A stretch of 64,000 nucleotides of DNA from Candidatus Latescibacterota bacterium (GCA_963791045.1 CAWBQK010000017.1:314142-378141), one strand, 5' to 3'; shown: positions 30,801-41,297, numbered from the stretch's first letter. Notes: a model not told the origin generated them from the letters alone. Numbers and translations are program-made.

Positions 30801-31829
30801 TCACGCTGCCCCCGATGAACTTTGTCGCTGTGTTCGCCAATAAACGAGGAACCGTTCAATTCCTTCTTGAGTGGTCACGATCTGCCGCCACCCGATCGCT
30901 TTGAGTTTTGAGTTATTAAAGATGTTCCCTTTCCAGTGACAAGCGGTTTTGTAAGGGGTCAACACTGGAGGCAGCTGACCTTTGGAGTGTTTGTGATATT
31001 TTTCGACAAGTTTCGACATGAACATCGTGATGGGATACGGAACCGTGATGTATTTCAATCTCTCCACATTCTTGCGGTACGCTCTGAGAAACTCCCTGGA
31101 TGTGGGAAGGTCATCATCCACAACGTTGAAAATCTCATCCATGGCTTCGTCCGATCGTCCCGCGGCCACGGCAGCCGCGGCGCAGTTGTCGACGTATGTC
31201 AACGGCAAACGGTTGTTTCGGCCAAAGTGAAAAAGAAGACCAAAAACTCGTATCCCGATTCTCGTTGTCAGCTCCGTTCCTCCGGGACCATAAATCACGC
31301 CGGGGCGCAAAACCACCAGAGGAAATCCGAACTTCTCTTTGTATTCCCAAAAAAGCCTTTCCTGTCGAATCTTCGAGAAAGCGTACGCGTCTCTCCTCTC
31401 GGGATGTTCCTCGAGCGGTGTTTTCTCGTCGACCATCGCCCCGGCGGGCAATCCCGCCGTCCCGTACACTCCGAACGAACTCACGAGAACCACGCGCGTC
31501 GAGACAGTTTTCGTAATAGCATCGAGAAGATTCCTCGAACCCACGACGGTGTTTTGTATCAAATTCGCCGCACCACCTCCCATGGCCGCCGCCGCGTGAT
31601 AGACGATACCGACACCCGCCATGGCTCGGGCGGCATCCTCACGAGAAGTGAGATCGCCGTAACAGATTTCCAGCTCGGTCTCGGGAAACCGGGCGTGACT
31701 TCGCGATAATTTCGCGGTATCGCGTCCCGGCCGAACAAGACAACGAATATCGTCTTCCCCGGCGGCGAGAAGTTGCTCCACCAGTGCAGAGCCGAGGAAA
31801 CCGTTCGCACCGGTCACAAGGACTTTCAC
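30801..31829 (-). CDS. NAD-dependent epimerase/dehydratase
   Basis: GTG start overlapping the upstream TGA; KVLVTGANGFLG, YAFSK and LRPGVIYGPG. Confidence 0.88.
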   Translation of the reverse strand: MKVLVTGANGFLGSALVEQLLAAGEDDIRCLVRPGRDTAKLSRSHARFPETELEICYGDLTSREDAARAMAGVGIVYHAAAAMGGGAANLIQNTVVGSRNLLDAITKTVSTRVVLVSSFGVYGTAGLPAGAMVDEKTPLEEHPERRDAYAFSKIRQERLFWEYKEKFGFPLVVLRPGVIYGPGGTELTTRIGIRVFGLLFHFGRNNRLPLTYVDNCAAAAVAAGRSDEAMDEIFNVVDDDLPTSREFLRAYRKNVERLKYITVPYPITMFMSKLVEKYHKHSKGQLPPVLTPYKTACHWKGNIFNNSKLKAIGWRQIVTTQEGIERFLVYWRTQRQSSSGAA

Positions 31830-32917
31830 TTCGCATCTCCCGACGGGGATTGCGTAGTCTGTTCCACGATCGTTTCCGTCATCCACGCGACCTTGAGAAT
31901 TGTCTCGTACGAAATCGGTGGATCGGTCCCATCGAGGATGCTCCGGTAATACAAATCGAGAAGCCGGTTGAGCCCGGCAAAAAAGTGAAAATCGGAGCGC
32001 GCGAATTTATATACATTTCTCGCGCCTTCACGGAAAAACCGCCAACTCTGACCGAAGGCGGGTAAAACACGTCCTATCGCGCTGGGAAGATGTGCATCCG
32101 CGTCGAGGGTAACCGTCCGGGACACGTAATCCACATGTGCCGTGTTTTTCGTTCCATACAAACGGACGAAATGTCCCACAGGCCGCGCGTGGCTTGACAA
32201 CGTCGCGTACCCCGATACATTCCGGCCTTTGACAAGAACTCTAAGCTCGTCCTGAATTGCCGCTCCGCCTTCTTCTCCCGAACGCATCTCGTTCGTGTAC
32301 GCCAACGCGTGAATCGACGGATACGGGTCCTCAATGAACTCCGTCAGTTTGTATAGCAGGTGATCGATGTTATTTTGAAGAAGAGATCCGGGCAGACCGT
32401 GAACCCAGTGAGCGGGGTTGTCCACCACCGCCTTTCCGAACACACCGTCGATATTGTAACCGTAGAAGCTCTCGATGTGCACCGGATCACCAATCACATT
32501 CTCACGCACCAGCCGGCGCAACGCGAGGGCTGGCGGATCAAACATGTAGGTGTACCCGACCGTTAATTGTCGGGACCGGCTTTTTGCCGAGGCCAGAATC
32601 GCTTCTGCATCGTCGAGCGTGGGGCCGAGGGGTTTCTCCACAAACACGTGACAGCCGGCCTCCATAGCGAGGAGCGCCAATTCCCGATGCGATTGCGGGG
32701 GTGTCGTCACATGGACGACATCCGGTTTTTCAGCCTGCAGCAACTTCTCGAAGTCATCGTAATGGGCGCGGAGGCCGTAACGCACCGCGAGCTGTTCGGC
32801 CATCAGGGGTTCAGAATCGCAAACGGCGACAACAACGGCGGTATCCAATTTCGCGATTTCTTCGACATGGCCGTCGGCGATCTTCCCGCAACCGACTATG
32901 GCTACTTTGAGGCTCAT
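31826..32917 (-). CDS. Gfo/Idh/MocA family oxidoreductase
   Basis: VAIVGCGKIA, TPPQSH and HVFVEKP. Confidence 0.9.
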   Translation of the reverse strand: MSLKVAIVGCGKIADGHVEEIAKLDTAVVVAVCDSEPLMAEQLAVRYGLRAHYDDFEKLLQAEKPDVVHVTTPPQSHRELALLAMEAGCHVFVEKPLGPTLDDAEAILASAKSRSRQLTVGYTYMFDPPALALRRLVRENVIGDPVHIESFYGYNIDGVFGKAVVDNPAHWVHGLPGSLLQNNIDHLLYKLTEFIEDPYPSIHALAYTNEMRSGEEGGAAIQDELRVLVKGRNVSGYATLSSHARPVGHFVRLYGTKNTAHVDYVSRTVTLDADAHLPSAIGRVLPAFGQSWRFFREGARNVYKFARSDFHFFAGLNRLLDLYYRSILDGTDPPISYETILKVAWMTETIVEQTTQSPSGDAK

Positions 32918-32987
32918 ATCATACCGCCAGTTCGATACTTGTACGCATGCGTGGAATCAATACCGGGGGGTGGGCACATAACACAGT

Positions 32988-33701
32988 CTAGCCCTTCTTA
33001 TACGTCCCGTAATACTTGTAGTCGTAATAGAACGGCAACACCTCGGAAACGTTATTGACGACGACGCCGACCATGTTCGCCCGGGCATCGTCCAATGCGT
33101 TTTTCGCCCGCTTCACCACCTGGTTGGGAGTAACGCCGGCAAGAACCACAAAAAGAACGCCTTCAACTTCGCTGCTCAAAAACAGCGTGTCGCTGACCGC
33201 CAGAACCGGGGCGCTGTCAACGAGGACGATGTCGTAATAAAATCGGACCTTCTGGAAGAAATCGGTGAGCATCTGGGACTCGAATAACTTCGATGGCGCA
33301 TCCGTTGTTCCGCCTGTTGTAATAACGTCAAGATTGTCCATGCGCGTTTTTTTAATAACCCGGATGGGATCCACGCCGTGGCCGAGACAATCGATCAGCC
33401 CCTCATTGTTTTTGAGACCGAAGACCGAGTGCATTCTGGGACGCCTCATGTCGGCATCAACCACGAGAACCTTTGTCTGAGGAAATTGTGCGATCGTAAG
33501 CGCGAGATAGGACGTAATTGTGCTCTTCCCTTCGCCGCGGACCGAACTCGTCATCAGAAACGATCTCAGCTCCGGATCGGAGCATTTGGCTTTGACGATA
33601 TTGAACAACCGTCTCAGTTCCGTCGAGATGGGCGACTCGGGGTCGTAAACTGAAAAGATTGTCGGCTCTTTGGATCCGTCCAAGATATCCTCGCGATTCA
33701 T
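32988..33701 (-). CDS. CpsD/CapB-family protein tyrosine kinase (stand-alone Wzc kinase domain)
   Basis: Walker A SSVRGEGKST, VDADMRRP, VDSAPVL and the C-terminal Tyr cluster FYYDYKYYGTY. Confidence 0.92.
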   Translation of the reverse strand: MNREDILDGSKEPTIFSVYDPESPISTELRRLFNIVKAKCSDPELRSFLMTSSVRGEGKSTITSYLALTIAQFPQTKVLVVDADMRRPRMHSVFGLKNNEGLIDCLGHGVDPIRVIKKTRMDNLDVITTGGTTDAPSKLFESQMLTDFFQKVRFYYDIVLVDSAPVLAVSDTLFLSSEVEGVLFVVLAGVTPNQVVKRAKNALDDARANMVGVVVNNVSEVLPFYYDYKYYGTYKKG

Positions 33702-35407
33702 TTTTCGACTGATTCGACACCGTAAATTTCAATGGCCTGTTTCTGCATCATCTTCCCGTAAAACACAAAACCGAAGATCCCCACTATCAAAACGATGATT
33801 ATAGTGCTCGCCCAGATGATCAACTGGCGTCTGGAATTCTGACGATCCCAGCCCGAATTCGGGTCGACATTCGGAATCGCGCCGAGTACCTTGAGGTCAA
33901 GCTCCTCTTCGATTTCCTCGACCGTTCGGAACGACGCATCCGCATATTCGGACACGATAATGCCACCTACTCCGAGCATCATCCCGAATATCAGCGACAT
34001 CAATATTATGTTTCTCTTGTTCGGTTTGAAAGGAAGCGCCGGCCGCGAAGGTTTCTCCAAAACCTCAATCGACATGCCGATATTCGTGCTCTGCGCGGCC
34101 TCGCTGATCTGCGCCGACGTTTTGGCCCTCAGAAAAGAATTGTAAATCTCACGGTTGTTATCGACTTCCTCCTGGAGCTTTGTGAGGTCGAGTTCGAGCT
34201 GGGGAGACTGCTGGAGACTCGTCTTGAACGAATCGATAAATGACGCGAGCCGGTCACGTTCCGCCCTGTGAGATTCAAGGATTGCCAGTTGGAGAAAATA
34301 TTCAACCACCAGGGGGCGGTAGTCGATGGATATGTCGGGGAGCACCTGATCCACCAGAGTTGCCAGGCGTCTCTGCAGGCGCGTCTGGGTTTCACGAATA
34401 TCACGTTCTGTTCCCCTCAAATCCTCGCCCGTGACCCCCTTTGATCCCAACTGCATCCGGAGATCCGTTTCACGGTGCCGCTTGAGGTTGGCCCGCATCC
34501 TGAGAACTTCGCGGTCCTCCGCAATCTCTTTGTGATCCGGCACGCTCCCGATAATGTTCTCGAGGCGTCCCTGTGTTTTGGTGATGATGTTTTCGAGTTC
34601 TCGGACTCGCGAATCCAGCTGTTCCTTCAAGGTCTCCGCGTAACGCAGATTTCCCTCGCCGCCGAATTCCTCGATATACTGTTGATTGGCCTCCCCGACG
34701 GGATTGCTCTGAAGCGCCAGACGTGTTTTCCGGCTCTGGAGTTCTTCGAGTCGATGTTCGGAATCATCAAGGCGCGCCTTGTAAACCTGAAGTTGTTCTT
34801 CGCTAAATTCGCTCGCCTGCTGGAGCCCGGCGAGTTTTCGCCGTCGCTGCGCATCGAGAAAAAGGGTCGTTGTCGCATCGGCGAGGACGTAGCAGATTTC
34901 AGGACTGAAATCCACACAAGCGATCTGGAATATACCGGGCCCGGCGAGCGACACCTCAATCTTGCTCGCCAACATCGCCCGCAAGCGGCGATACAAGAGT
35001 TCATCGACGGTCATGTAAGGAAAATCTGATTTTCTTTCCGCCTGGGCCGCGGCAACAAGCTGTGGATTGTCGTCCATTCCCAGGTGGTCGATAACTAGAT
35101 CGAGGAAGACGGAGCTTTGGATTTCGCTCGAGATCTTGGCCAGAGTCTCCTCATCTATCGCCTGGCGCATGTCCTCGACCCGAACAAGTTCGGATACTGC
35201 CTCGCTCAGGTAATTTTCGTCATCCAGACGAACAAGAGACGTCGACATGTAAAGCGGTTTGAGCGACCGGACTCCGATAACCGAGATCAACCCTGACAGC
35301 ACGACCGGAATAATTATGTAGAATCGCTTTCGCCACAACAGCCGCATGTAGTCCTGAATCCCGGACTGCGGGCGTTTCGAGCTCGGTGTGTCTTGCCGGA
35401 CTTTCAT
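33698..35407 (-). CDS. Polysaccharide co-polymerase / chain-length determinant (GumC/Wzc N-terminal type)
   Basis: N-terminal TM after LWRKRFYIIIP, a long coiled coil, P..PFKPNK plus TM, and LDLKVLGAIP; coupled to the kinase gene. Confidence 0.88.
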   Translation of the reverse strand: MKVRQDTPSSKRPQSGIQDYMRLLWRKRFYIIIPVVLSGLISVIGVRSLKPLYMSTSLVRLDDENYLSEAVSELVRVEDMRQAIDEETLAKISSEIQSSVFLDLVIDHLGMDDNPQLVAAAQAERKSDFPYMTVDELLYRRLRAMLASKIEVSLAGPGIFQIACVDFSPEICYVLADATTTLFLDAQRRRKLAGLQQASEFSEEQLQVYKARLDDSEHRLEELQSRKTRLALQSNPVGEANQQYIEEFGGEGNLRYAETLKEQLDSRVRELENIITKTQGRLENIIGSVPDHKEIAEDREVLRMRANLKRHRETDLRMQLGSKGVTGEDLRGTERDIRETQTRLQRRLATLVDQVLPDISIDYRPLVVEYFLQLAILESHRAERDRLASFIDSFKTSLQQSPQLELDLTKLQEEVDNNREIYNSFLRAKTSAQISEAAQSTNIGMSIEVLEKPSRPALPFKPNKRNIILMSLIFGMMLGVGGIIVSEYADASFRTVEEIEEELDLKVLGAIPNVDPNSGWDRQNSRRQLIIWASTIIIVLIVGIFGFVFYGKMMQKQAIEIYGVESVEK

Positions 35408-35426
35408 CGATGGACTTTCCAGTACA

Positions 35427-36500
35427 TTAGTCTTTAGTTCTATCGATCACGAGAATTACGGTAGCCGCGGTTGCAATAACACTCAGGATAATTCCGAAGT
35501 TGTTCTTTATCTGGTAGCTCCAGGCGTTCTGCGCGGGAACGCTCACCGTGTCACCGGGGAGGAGATTCGGATTGTTCTCGAGGTTTCCCTTGTCGAGATA
35601 CTCTTTGAGGTTCACGGAGAGCGTGACCGTCTCTCCCGTCTCGAGATGGCGGATAATTTTGACACTGCCCAGCGATGCCTTGCTGTCTGGACCACCGGCC
35701 AACATGATCGCGCTCATCAAATCCTGGTGCTCTCCCTGTAACCGGTAAAACCCCGGCTTCAACACCTCGCCGGCCACCGTAACGCCAACCGCGCCGATGT
35801 ACGTTTCGGCGGTACTCAGGATCACAATCGTGTCGCCGTCTTTGACAGTCGGGAGTCCCTCGGTGGTACCTTGTTCGATAGCGGAGAGAACATTGACCGT
35901 CTCTGTCGTTCCGCCCAACGACTCGTCTGATACGACTCTTACAACATCGAGCGCTGCTTCGCCCGTGGGTCCGCCAGCTTCCCGGATTGCGGCCCAAAGA
36001 GTCGGCGGAGTACCGAACACGTAACGCCCGGGCGCCGCGACTTCGCCCGTCACATAGACCACGACACCTGGGATGGGTTCGACCGAAAAATCGGTTATCT
36101 TGAGGCTCGGATAATACTCGATAAGGGCCTCGTACACCTTTTCGTGGATTTCCCGGCTCGTCAGTCCCTCCACGTGTATTCCACCGACGAGAGCGGGCGT
36201 TATTACCCCGTTCTCATCGACCGTGAACTCGCGGTTCATCGACGGTCTGTCCGGAACTGTGAAACGTATTTGATCCCCCACCTTCACACGGTAATTCTCG
36301 TCGCCCAGTTGGGCCTGCGCGAGGACTTCGACACCCGAAAACATCACAACGATCATCATCGCTTGAACGAAAACAAGGATCCGCCCGCAGACTCCAACTT
36401 CACTCCGTCGAAGACCGCCGCTTCCTCGCCCGTGTCCGGCCGGATCCATCATTCGTTGAAACTGCATTCCTGCAACCTTTTCTAAGAGTTCTTGTACCAC
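35427..36500 (-). CDS. wza: Polysaccharide export protein (Wza-like, Poly_export plus SLBB domains)
   Basis: YRVKVGDQI, VDENGVI.PALVGGI.VEGLT, VYVTGEVAAPG, AGGPT and LLPGDTVSVP. The true start is probably downstream of 36500. Confidence 0.82.
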   Translation of the reverse strand: MVQELLEKVAGMQFQRMMDPAGHGRGSGGLRRSEVGVCGRILVFVQAMMIVVMFSGVEVLAQAQLGDENYRVKVGDQIRFTVPDRPSMNREFTVDENGVITPALVGGIHVEGLTSREIHEKVYEALIEYYPSLKITDFSVEPIPGVVVYVTGEVAAPGRYVFGTPPTLWAAIREAGGPTGEAALDVVRVVSDESLGGTTETVNVLSAIEQGTTEGLPTVKDGDTIVILSTAETYIGAVGVTVAGEVLKPGFYRLQGEHQDLMSAIMLAGGPDSKASLGSVKIIRHLETGETVTLSVNLKEYLDKGNLENNPNLLPGDTVSVPAQNAWSYQIKNNFGIILSVIATAATVILVIDRTKD

Positions 36501-37414
36501 TCCACGGTTCTTTCAAGACCCTCGTCGAAAGACAACCCGACCTTGTATCCAAGTCCGAGTTCAACGGCGCCAATATCTGCCTGGGAATGTTTTACATCAC
36601 CGGCTCTGGAGGGGGCGAATTCCGCATCCAACGCTACGCCGAGACTATCTTTCAACTTACCGTACAAATAGTTCAAGCTAAATCTGCCGCCACATGCCAC
36701 GTTGTACACGGCGCCGCCGGGATCGTTCGATTCAGCCGCCAAAAGATTCGCCAACACCACATTGTCGATAAATGTAAAATCACGCGTCTGTTCGCCGTCC
36801 CCGAAGATAACGGGCGCCTTGCCCTCCATCAAACTCTTCACAAAAATCGGAATCACGGCGGCGTACTGAGAGGCGGGATCCTGTCGCGGCCCAAAAACAT
36901 TGAAGTACCGGAGGCTGGCTGTGGGAAGCCCATACACATCGCTAAACACCCGGCAATAGAATTCACCCGCCAGTTTGGAATTTGCGTACGGGGACTTCGG
37001 ATTTGGACACATGTCTTCCTTTTTGGGAAGCACATCGCTGTCACCATAAATCGACGACGATGATGCGTAAACAACACGCTTCACACCGAGGTCCTTTGCC
37101 GCCACCAGGAGATTCAACGTTCCGTCGACATTCACCGCATTTGTAGAAACAGGATCTTCGATACTACGCGGTACCGAGGCCAACGCCGCTTGATGAACGA
37201 CATAGTCGACCCCGCGCACGCTCCCTCTTACGACATCCATGTCGCGGATATCCCCTTCTATCAGGGTCAGATCCGAGAGAAACCCGTCGAGGTTCTCCCG
37301 CTTTCCGGTAGAGAAATTATCAAGAATGCGGACATCATGCCCATTCTTGACGAGCCTTTCTGCGATATGGGATCCAATGAATCCGCCGCCCCCCGTCACC
37401 AGATATGTCGCCAT
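36482..37414 (-). CDS. UDP-hexose/HexNAc 4-epimerase (WbpP/GalE-like SDR)
   Basis: YLVTGGGGFIGSH, HQAALASVPRS, SPYANSK, LRYFNVFGPRQDP and GDGEQTRDF. Confidence 0.92.
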   Translation of the reverse strand: MATYLVTGGGGFIGSHIAERLVKNGHDVRILDNFSTGKRENLDGFLSDLTLIEGDIRDMDVVRGSVRGVDYVVHQAALASVPRSIEDPVSTNAVNVDGTLNLLVAAKDLGVKRVVYASSSSIYGDSDVLPKKEDMCPNPKSPYANSKLAGEFYCRVFSDVYGLPTASLRYFNVFGPRQDPASQYAAVIPIFVKSLMEGKAPVIFGDGEQTRDFTFIDNVVLANLLAAESNDPGGAVYNVACGGRFSLNYLYGKLKDSLGVALDAEFAPSRAGDVKHSQADIGAVELGLGYKVGLSFDEGLERTVEWYKNS

Positions 37415-37556
37415 CAATCAGCCTCCTGATAAAACAGATCGTTCGAAGAGTCGTCCCACGACGCAATATATTGGGTTTCACCACCCACACTCGCCGTCGG
37501 CTTTGAGGATTAGGGCCCAATTATAGCAGGATAACTAGATAAACTTGATAATCAAA

Positions 37557-38612
37557 TCACGTTCTGATTTCATCCAACAGATCATTCGTCGTCGCCACGG
37601 TGTTTTTGCCCGCACGCTTTGCGTGGTACAGCGCCCTGTCCGCGCTCGCGATGATTTCTCTTGCCGTTTGACCGTCGTGCGGAAAACTGGAGATTCCCGC
37701 GCTGCACGTCAACAATCCGGCCTCATTGGCCACGAATTCATACTTCCTCACCGCCTGTATCACGCGGTCCGTCACGACAACGGCGCCATCAAGGTCGGTT
37801 CTGGGAAGAATCATGGCAAACTCATCCCCGCCATATTTCGCCACAAAGTCGATATCCCGAGTCGCTTCCTTCATCATCCTGGCTATGTTCCTCAGCGCCT
37901 CGCTCCCGCTCAAATGCCCAAGACGGTCGTTGAACGTCTTCAGATTGTCGACGTCGAGCATCGCAAACGAAAAAGATTGCCTGAAACGCTGCGCACGCTT
38001 CACCTCAGTGCCGAGCGATGCGATAAGGTATCTGTAGTTGTAAACACCAGTAAGCCCGTCGGTTATCGCTTCCTTTTCAAGTTTTTCATAAAGCAATCTG
38101 TTCTCGAACGCGATCGCGGCCTGGTTTGCCAGGGCGGTTATAAGCTGTTCGTCTTCCCTGCTGTATCTCTCACCTTCCGACGGATGAATCGCGACCAGCA
38201 GGCCAAAAACGGACCGTTCCGTCACGACTGGCGACGAGATAATCAACCGGTTGCCGTCCCCTGAACTCAGACACCTCTGCGCCAATAGGGACAGGTCTAT
38301 GGCCAGTTCGGCGCCTTTCCCGACCGTCGCCCTCTCATGTCCTTCGCGAACCACCCACTGACGCAGGACGGGCGTCTCCGCAATTTCTTCAACCACCATA
38401 GGTTCTGAAAGCCCGGCGGAGCGGTCTTTTGAGTATTTTATGACCTTCTCACCGTCCAGCTCAAGCATATAGACTTTTTCCGCCTCGAGGGCGGCAATGC
38501 ATCCGTCCAGTAACCGCTGGATAATGAGGGGCTTATCCTTGCGACCGATCGCCAGGCTGGTGATTTCCGATAAGGTCGAAAATAGAAGTTGGCTGTATTT
38601 GCCTAATTTCAT
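37557..38612 (-). CDS. GAF-GGDEF diguanylate cyclase
   Basis: GAF region ending LANQAAIAFEN, TDGLTGVYN, DVDNLKTFND, I-site RDID and active-site KYGGDEF; likely start ATG 38612. Confidence 0.92.
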   Translation of the reverse strand: MKLGKYSQLLFSTLSEITSLAIGRKDKPLIIQRLLDGCIAALEAEKVYMLELDGEKVIKYSKDRSAGLSEPMVVEEIAETPVLRQWVVREGHERATVGKGAELAIDLSLLAQRCLSSGDGNRLIISSPVVTERSVFGLLVAIHPSEGERYSREDEQLITALANQAAIAFENRLLYEKLEKEAITDGLTGVYNYRYLIASLGTEVKRAQRFRQSFSFAMLDVDNLKTFNDRLGHLSGSEALRNIARMMKEATRDIDFVAKYGGDEFAMILPRTDLDGAVVVTDRVIQAVRKYEFVANEAGLLTCSAGISSFPHDGQTAREIIASADRALYHAKRAGKNTVATTNDLLDEIRT

Positions 38613-38688
38613 AAAATTTAGCCGCTTGAAAGAGTCCGCGGAACAACCCGCGCGCCCGTCAGGACGCACCCTGCCGGGGCTCAAAGTG

Positions 38689-38704
38689 TGCAATTCCTAT
38701 GCCA
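38689..38704 (-). promoter_or_regulatory. Sigma-54 (-24/-12) promoter upstream of the diguanylate cyclase and wza-wzc operon
   Basis: Minus strand TGGCATAGGAATTGCA, a near-perfect match to TGGCAC-N5-TTGCW, ~77 nt upstream of the ATG. Confidence 0.75.
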
Positions 38705-38929
38705 CGGCAGTAGTTGAGGGGATACCTCGACAGGTGCAAACTCCCCCCCCTCGAGGACTTGAACGCTCGGGCGGCAGGGAAATTGCTCTCTCCAGCGAAT
38801 CCGCCGGCTTTTCAAATGAAATGTGGGAGGGGTTGCGTAAACGCCCGGATCGATCGGTAACGTGAAACGTGTATTCTTCCCGGCCGCAGGGGGCGGTGTT
38901 TTCACCTTTAATCCTGTCTTGAAAAAAAC

Positions 38930-40111
38930 GTGCTAACCGGACAACACATTATTTATATCTCCGCCGATTGGGCCAGAGAGACCAAGACGAGTGCGCACCA
39001 CATCGCCGAGGTGCTCGCCGTCCACAACAAGGTACTCTATGTCGAAGCGGCCGGCATGCGGACTCCGCGCGCGTCGGGCAGGGACATCCGAAAGATCTTC
39101 ACAAAACTTCGGCGCCTGTGGAGCCTCCCCGTAAAGAAGAGTGAGAACTTTTATCTGTACTCGCCGACCGTGCTTCCCTTCCACCACTACGGAATAGTGC
39201 GCAAGTTGAATCGATTTTTGATCTCTCTGCTTCTTAGACGCGCGAGCAAGGCAATAGGAATTGTAAACCCGATAATCTGGATCTACACACCCCACTACCA
39301 CACAGCGCTCGGTTGCGTCCCAAGCAAGGGGATCGTTTATTACATCACCGACGAATACTCTTCAAATCCAAATGTCGACCCCGACACGATTCGGCTCATG
39401 GAGAGGCAGATACTCGAACGTGCGGACATTACCTTTGCCGTGTCGCGCGAGCTGCTCGAGAGAAAAGGGCCATACACAAAGAGCATCCATCTGAGCCGGC
39501 ATGGTGTTGATTTTGAAATGTTCAACAAGGCATCTAATGACACGACCGCTGTTCCCAGTGACATATCCGAAATACCGCATCCGATTGCGGGTTTCTTTGG
39601 CTTGCTCGAGGAGTGGATAGATGTCGATCTCGTCGAGTATGTGGCGAAAGCACTACCGCACGTATCCTTCATTTTGATAGGACGCGCGGCACGCGATGTT
39701 TCCAGTCTCAAAGCGCTTCCAAACGTTCATCTTCTTGGCCACCGCAAATACGAAGAGCTCCCCGCGTATTTGAAGGCGTTTGACGTGTGTCTTCTCATCT
39801 ACAAACAGGGGGACTTTTCGAGAAACGCCAACCCGAAGAAACTCCGCGAATATCTCGCCGCGGGAAAACCCATCGTTTCGGTTCGCTTGGGCGAGGTTGA
39901 AGAATTCGCTGAGTTTGTTACTATTGCCGACGACTATGACGCTTATGTCAAAGCGGTCGCCGCGGCGCTCGTAGAAGATTCGTCGGCGAAACGAAGCGAG
40001 CGCATGGCGGCGGTTGAGTCGCTGTCATGGGAAAACCGCGTCGAATGGATCGGCGAAAAGATCATCGCCGAAATACCCGACGCGGGAACCCCGGCGGACG
40101 GAAATTCTTGA
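38930..40111 (+). CDS. Glycosyltransferase (GT4/TuaH-like)
   Basis: IVYYITDEY, HGVDF, PIAGFFG, LPAYLKAFDV and NPKKLREYLAAGKPIVS. Confidence 0.88.
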   Translation: MLTGQHIIYISADWARETKTSAHHIAEVLAVHNKVLYVEAAGMRTPRASGRDIRKIFTKLRRLWSLPVKKSENFYLYSPTVLPFHHYGIVRKLNRFLISLLLRRASKAIGIVNPIIWIYTPHYHTALGCVPSKGIVYYITDEYSSNPNVDPDTIRLMERQILERADITFAVSRELLERKGPYTKSIHLSRHGVDFEMFNKASNDTTAVPSDISEIPHPIAGFFGLLEEWIDVDLVEYVAKALPHVSFILIGRAARDVSSLKALPNVHLLGHRKYEELPAYLKAFDVCLLIYKQGDFSRNANPKKLREYLAAGKPIVSVRLGEVEEFAEFVTIADDYDAYVKAVAAALVEDSSAKRSERMAAVESLSWENRVEWIGEKIIAEIPDAGTPADGNS

Positions 40112-40141
40112 CCTCACTCGGATCCTTGTCAAAGACCGGAT

Positions 40142-41294
40142 ATGGCACAATCATACGGACAGAAAAAGAAGATTCGCGTCGCCTCTCTCATGTCTACCAT
40201 GCCCACTGGTGGAGCCGAGCGCGTGACCGAAAACGTTCTGACGTGCCTGGACGCATCACGGTTCGAAAGTGAATTGTGGTGTCTTAAAGAGCCCGGCGCC
40301 GTCGGAGATCTTATGATCCAAAGCGGTATCCGCGGGATATCCGCACCTCCAGCACCATCGGCATGACCCGTTCGTCGTCGCCCGATTGACGGCCCGGATC
40401 CGCGATTTCAAGCCGGATGTGCTCCTCATGCTCAATTGTCACCGGAACGCGATGCTCTGGGGTGGACTCTGCGCCCAGTTTGGCGGCGTGGGCGCGAGGG
40501 TGATCGCCGTTCATCACGCCGGGACACTCGACGACAAGAGAAACTTCACCGGCGTGGATATGCTTTTTTTACCTTCAACCGATTCAATCATCGCGCTCAG
40601 CGAGTGGCACGCGCAATATCTCGAACGCGTCGACGGCATCGAGCGGAGTCGGATGACGATAATAGGTAACGGCATCGTCGTCGACGATTTTGAAACTGTT
40701 GACGAGACGGCGGTCGACCAGGCACGCGCGGAAATCGGGCTCCTGGAGAGCGATCGAGTTGTCGCCATGGTGGCGGGGCTCCGTGAAGGCAAAGAACACG
40801 ACTTGCTGATCCGCGCTGTATCGCGGCTTGTCCGCAACGGGCGTGAATTGAAGTTGCTGATCGTCGGGGACGGCCCCACGCGTGGAAGACTGGAAGAAAC
40901 GGTTCTCCGCCACGGCGTGGGCGAACACGTCATCTTCCTCGGCGAGCGGCACGACATACCCATACTACTCCACCTCTCCGACGTGCTCGTCCTTGCGTCG
41001 CTAGCCGAAGCCATGCCTCTATCGGTGATCGAAGCGATGGCCGCGGGCGTCCCCGTCATCGCGAGCGCCGTCGGCTCGGTCCCCGACATTATCGAAGACG
41101 GCGTCAACGGCATTGTTATCCCGCCTTCGAATTCAGAGGCGATCGAACACGCAATCACAAAGGTGTTGGATAACGGCGACGATACGGTCAGAATGATTGC
41201 GAATGCTCACAAGACCGTCAGATCGAAGTACACACTCAACCGCATGGTCAACGACTACGATAAGCTGTTCACACGTTTAACGAATCGAGATTGA
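40142..41294 (+). CDS. Glycosyltransferase family 4 (frameshift near 40340)
   Basis: N-part GGAER (40142..) joins ORF 40386..41294, which carries GNGI, GLREGKEH and EAMPLSVIEAMAAGVP. Confidence 0.85.
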
Positions 41295-41297
41295 AAA

